DNA of 64,000 bases from Mobula hypostoma (Eukaryota): the NCBI RefSeq assembly GCF_963921235.1, contig NC_086097.1, forward strand, positions 156,118,001 to 156,182,000. Reading direction: 5' to 3'. Positions 62,405 to 64,000 of this stretch are shown here, one piece after another (positions within the stretch are counted from its first letter, which is position 1; every line of letters begins with the position of its first letter). The notes under the pieces are model-generated. The model was given only the letters and a program-made list of their open reading frames with translations, was not told where the DNA came from and did no database searches. Both the position numbers and the translations under genes were made by a program.

Positions 62405-63362
62405 ACGATAAATGATCAGGATGAAAGCAAGGGTGTTTTGATAAGAAAGCTTGAAGATGAGACAGACGTGGGTAAAGTTCTGGATATTGAGAATGGTTGT
62501 CAAAGGATACAGCAGACAATAAATAGTTGTAAATACAGGCAGAAAAATGGTTGATGAATTTTAATTAAGACAAATATGAGCTGTTGGATTTTTGTATCAA
62601 ATGCAATAGGTAAGAATATAGTAAATGTCAGGATTCTAAGGAGCATTGTTGTACAAATTGATCTGGAGGAGCAAGTCCACAGCTTATGGAAGTGGACAAG
62701 GGTGGTAAGGAAGGGATAAAACATGCTTGCCTTTATCAGCTGGGTAACTGGATATAAAAGTCAGGAAGTCAAGCTATTACTGAATAAGTCTATGATTAAG
62801 TTACATTTGAATGGCCTAGGCTGCAACTTTGATTAATTCTATAAGAAGGATATGAAGGATTTGAAGAGGATGTAGAGTTTTGTTACCAAATGTTGGCAGG
62901 ATGGGATTGTGCTTTCCATCAAACTTGCAGTGTTTTTGTTGGAGCATTGGAGACTGAGGGGAAACCTGTGAGAAGTATATAAAATTATGAGCATCGACAG
63001 AACAGATAAAGCCTTTTTCCCTCAGGGTGAAAATATAAATTATTAAAGGGGATTGTTTGAATGAGATATGTAATGTGGGTTTTCTGCTCCGGGAGTTTTA
63101 GTTGCCTGGAATCACCACCGGGAGAAGTTGTGGAAACAGATACAAGAGAATCATTTAAGAGGAATTTGGACAGGAACATGAAGAGGCAGGACGTTAATTT
63201 TTTATCCATCTTACAAAACCACCAAAGTCACTTCCTTTCAGTCCTTCCATGAACTGTTATGTCGGGCCTGAAGCTATGTCAGTATTCATCAAGACACATA
63301 TAATATCACTGTGCAAACGCAAGACACTGATGCTTATATTGATCATATCACTTACATTGAAT
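62405..63362. repeat. Tandem array modules D (ancient CR1) and A, last copy
   Basis: Homologous to 50650-51075, 26510-26812 and 51405-51550. Confidence 0.8.
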
Positions 63363-64000
63363 CAGAAACAGAATCAGAATCAGGTTTAATATCACTGGCA
63401 TATGTCATAAAATTTGTTAAACTAGCAGTAGCAGAACAATGCAATACATGATAAATATAGAAAAATAAATAAATTACAATAAATATATGTGCGTCTTAAA
63501 AAGTTAAATTAAAAATTGTGCAAAAATAGAAAAAAAAGTGAGGTAGTGTTCATGAGTTCAATGTCCATTTAGAAATCTGATGGCAGAGGGGAAGAAGCTG
63601 TTCCTGAAACATTGAGTGTCTTCCTTCAGGCTCCTGTACCTCCTTCCTGATGGTAACAATGAGAAGAGGGCATGTTCTGGGTGATGAGAGTCCTTAATAA
63701 TGGACGCCACCTTTCTGAGGTATTGCTTCTTGAAGATGTCTTGGATACTAGGGAGGCTAGTACCCGTAATGGAACTAACTAATTTTACAACTTTCTGTAG
63801 CTTCTTTCAATCCTGTGCGTTAGACTCCCATACCAGACAGTGGTGCAGCCTGTCAGAATGCTCTCCACTGAACATCTATAGAAGTTTTCGAGTGTTTTAG
63901 GTGACAAAACAAATCTCATCAAACTCACAATGAAATACAGCCACTGTCTTCCCTTCTTTATATGGTAGCTGCATCAATATGTTAGGACCAGGTCAGATCT
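63363..64000 (-). mobile_element. Rex1/L2-like LINE 3' end with (GATTCT)n tail
   Basis: (AGAATC)n on the plus strand near 63370-63382; reverse strand reads VESILTGCTTVWYG. Confidence 0.8.

Noticed and set aside
1..64000. CRISPR arrays, rRNA/tRNA genes, prokaryotic operons
   Set aside because: None seen; the repeats are microsatellites, LINE tails, LTRs and segmental duplicates of a vertebrate genome.

Overview
This is eukaryotic vertebrate DNA that is almost entirely transposable elements. The repertoire (CR1, Rex1/Babar, RTE, HERO-type RLE LINEs, Penelope tails, Tigger, hAT MITEs, several Gypsy lineages) suggests a cartilaginous fish, but that is an inference. I can support no intact host protein-coding gene. 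Main points: (1) Two very young, complete ~4.9-kb Gmr1-like LTR retrotransposons lie head-to-head (3800-8680 minus, 11280-16244 plus). Each has near-identical LTRs, a 4-bp TSD, PBS, PPT and one open ORF: Gag/SCAN/CCHC/protease fused in frame to vestiges of integrase and RT that lack all catalytic cores. This looks like an active non-autonomous family. (2) Two relics of an endogenous retrovirus have homologous LTRs; one carries a class III (ERV-L/S-like) RNase H and the other a gamma-type env (CWIC and CX6CC). (3) Under the TE insertions from ~26.5 kb to the end lies an old tandem array of about 3 copies of a multi-kb non-TE unit. It keeps minus-strand splice signals, an AP-1 site and a 47-nt invariant block. 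(4) There are many nested insertions with recognisable TSDs. Boundaries of degenerate elements are approximate and identities were judged by eye.
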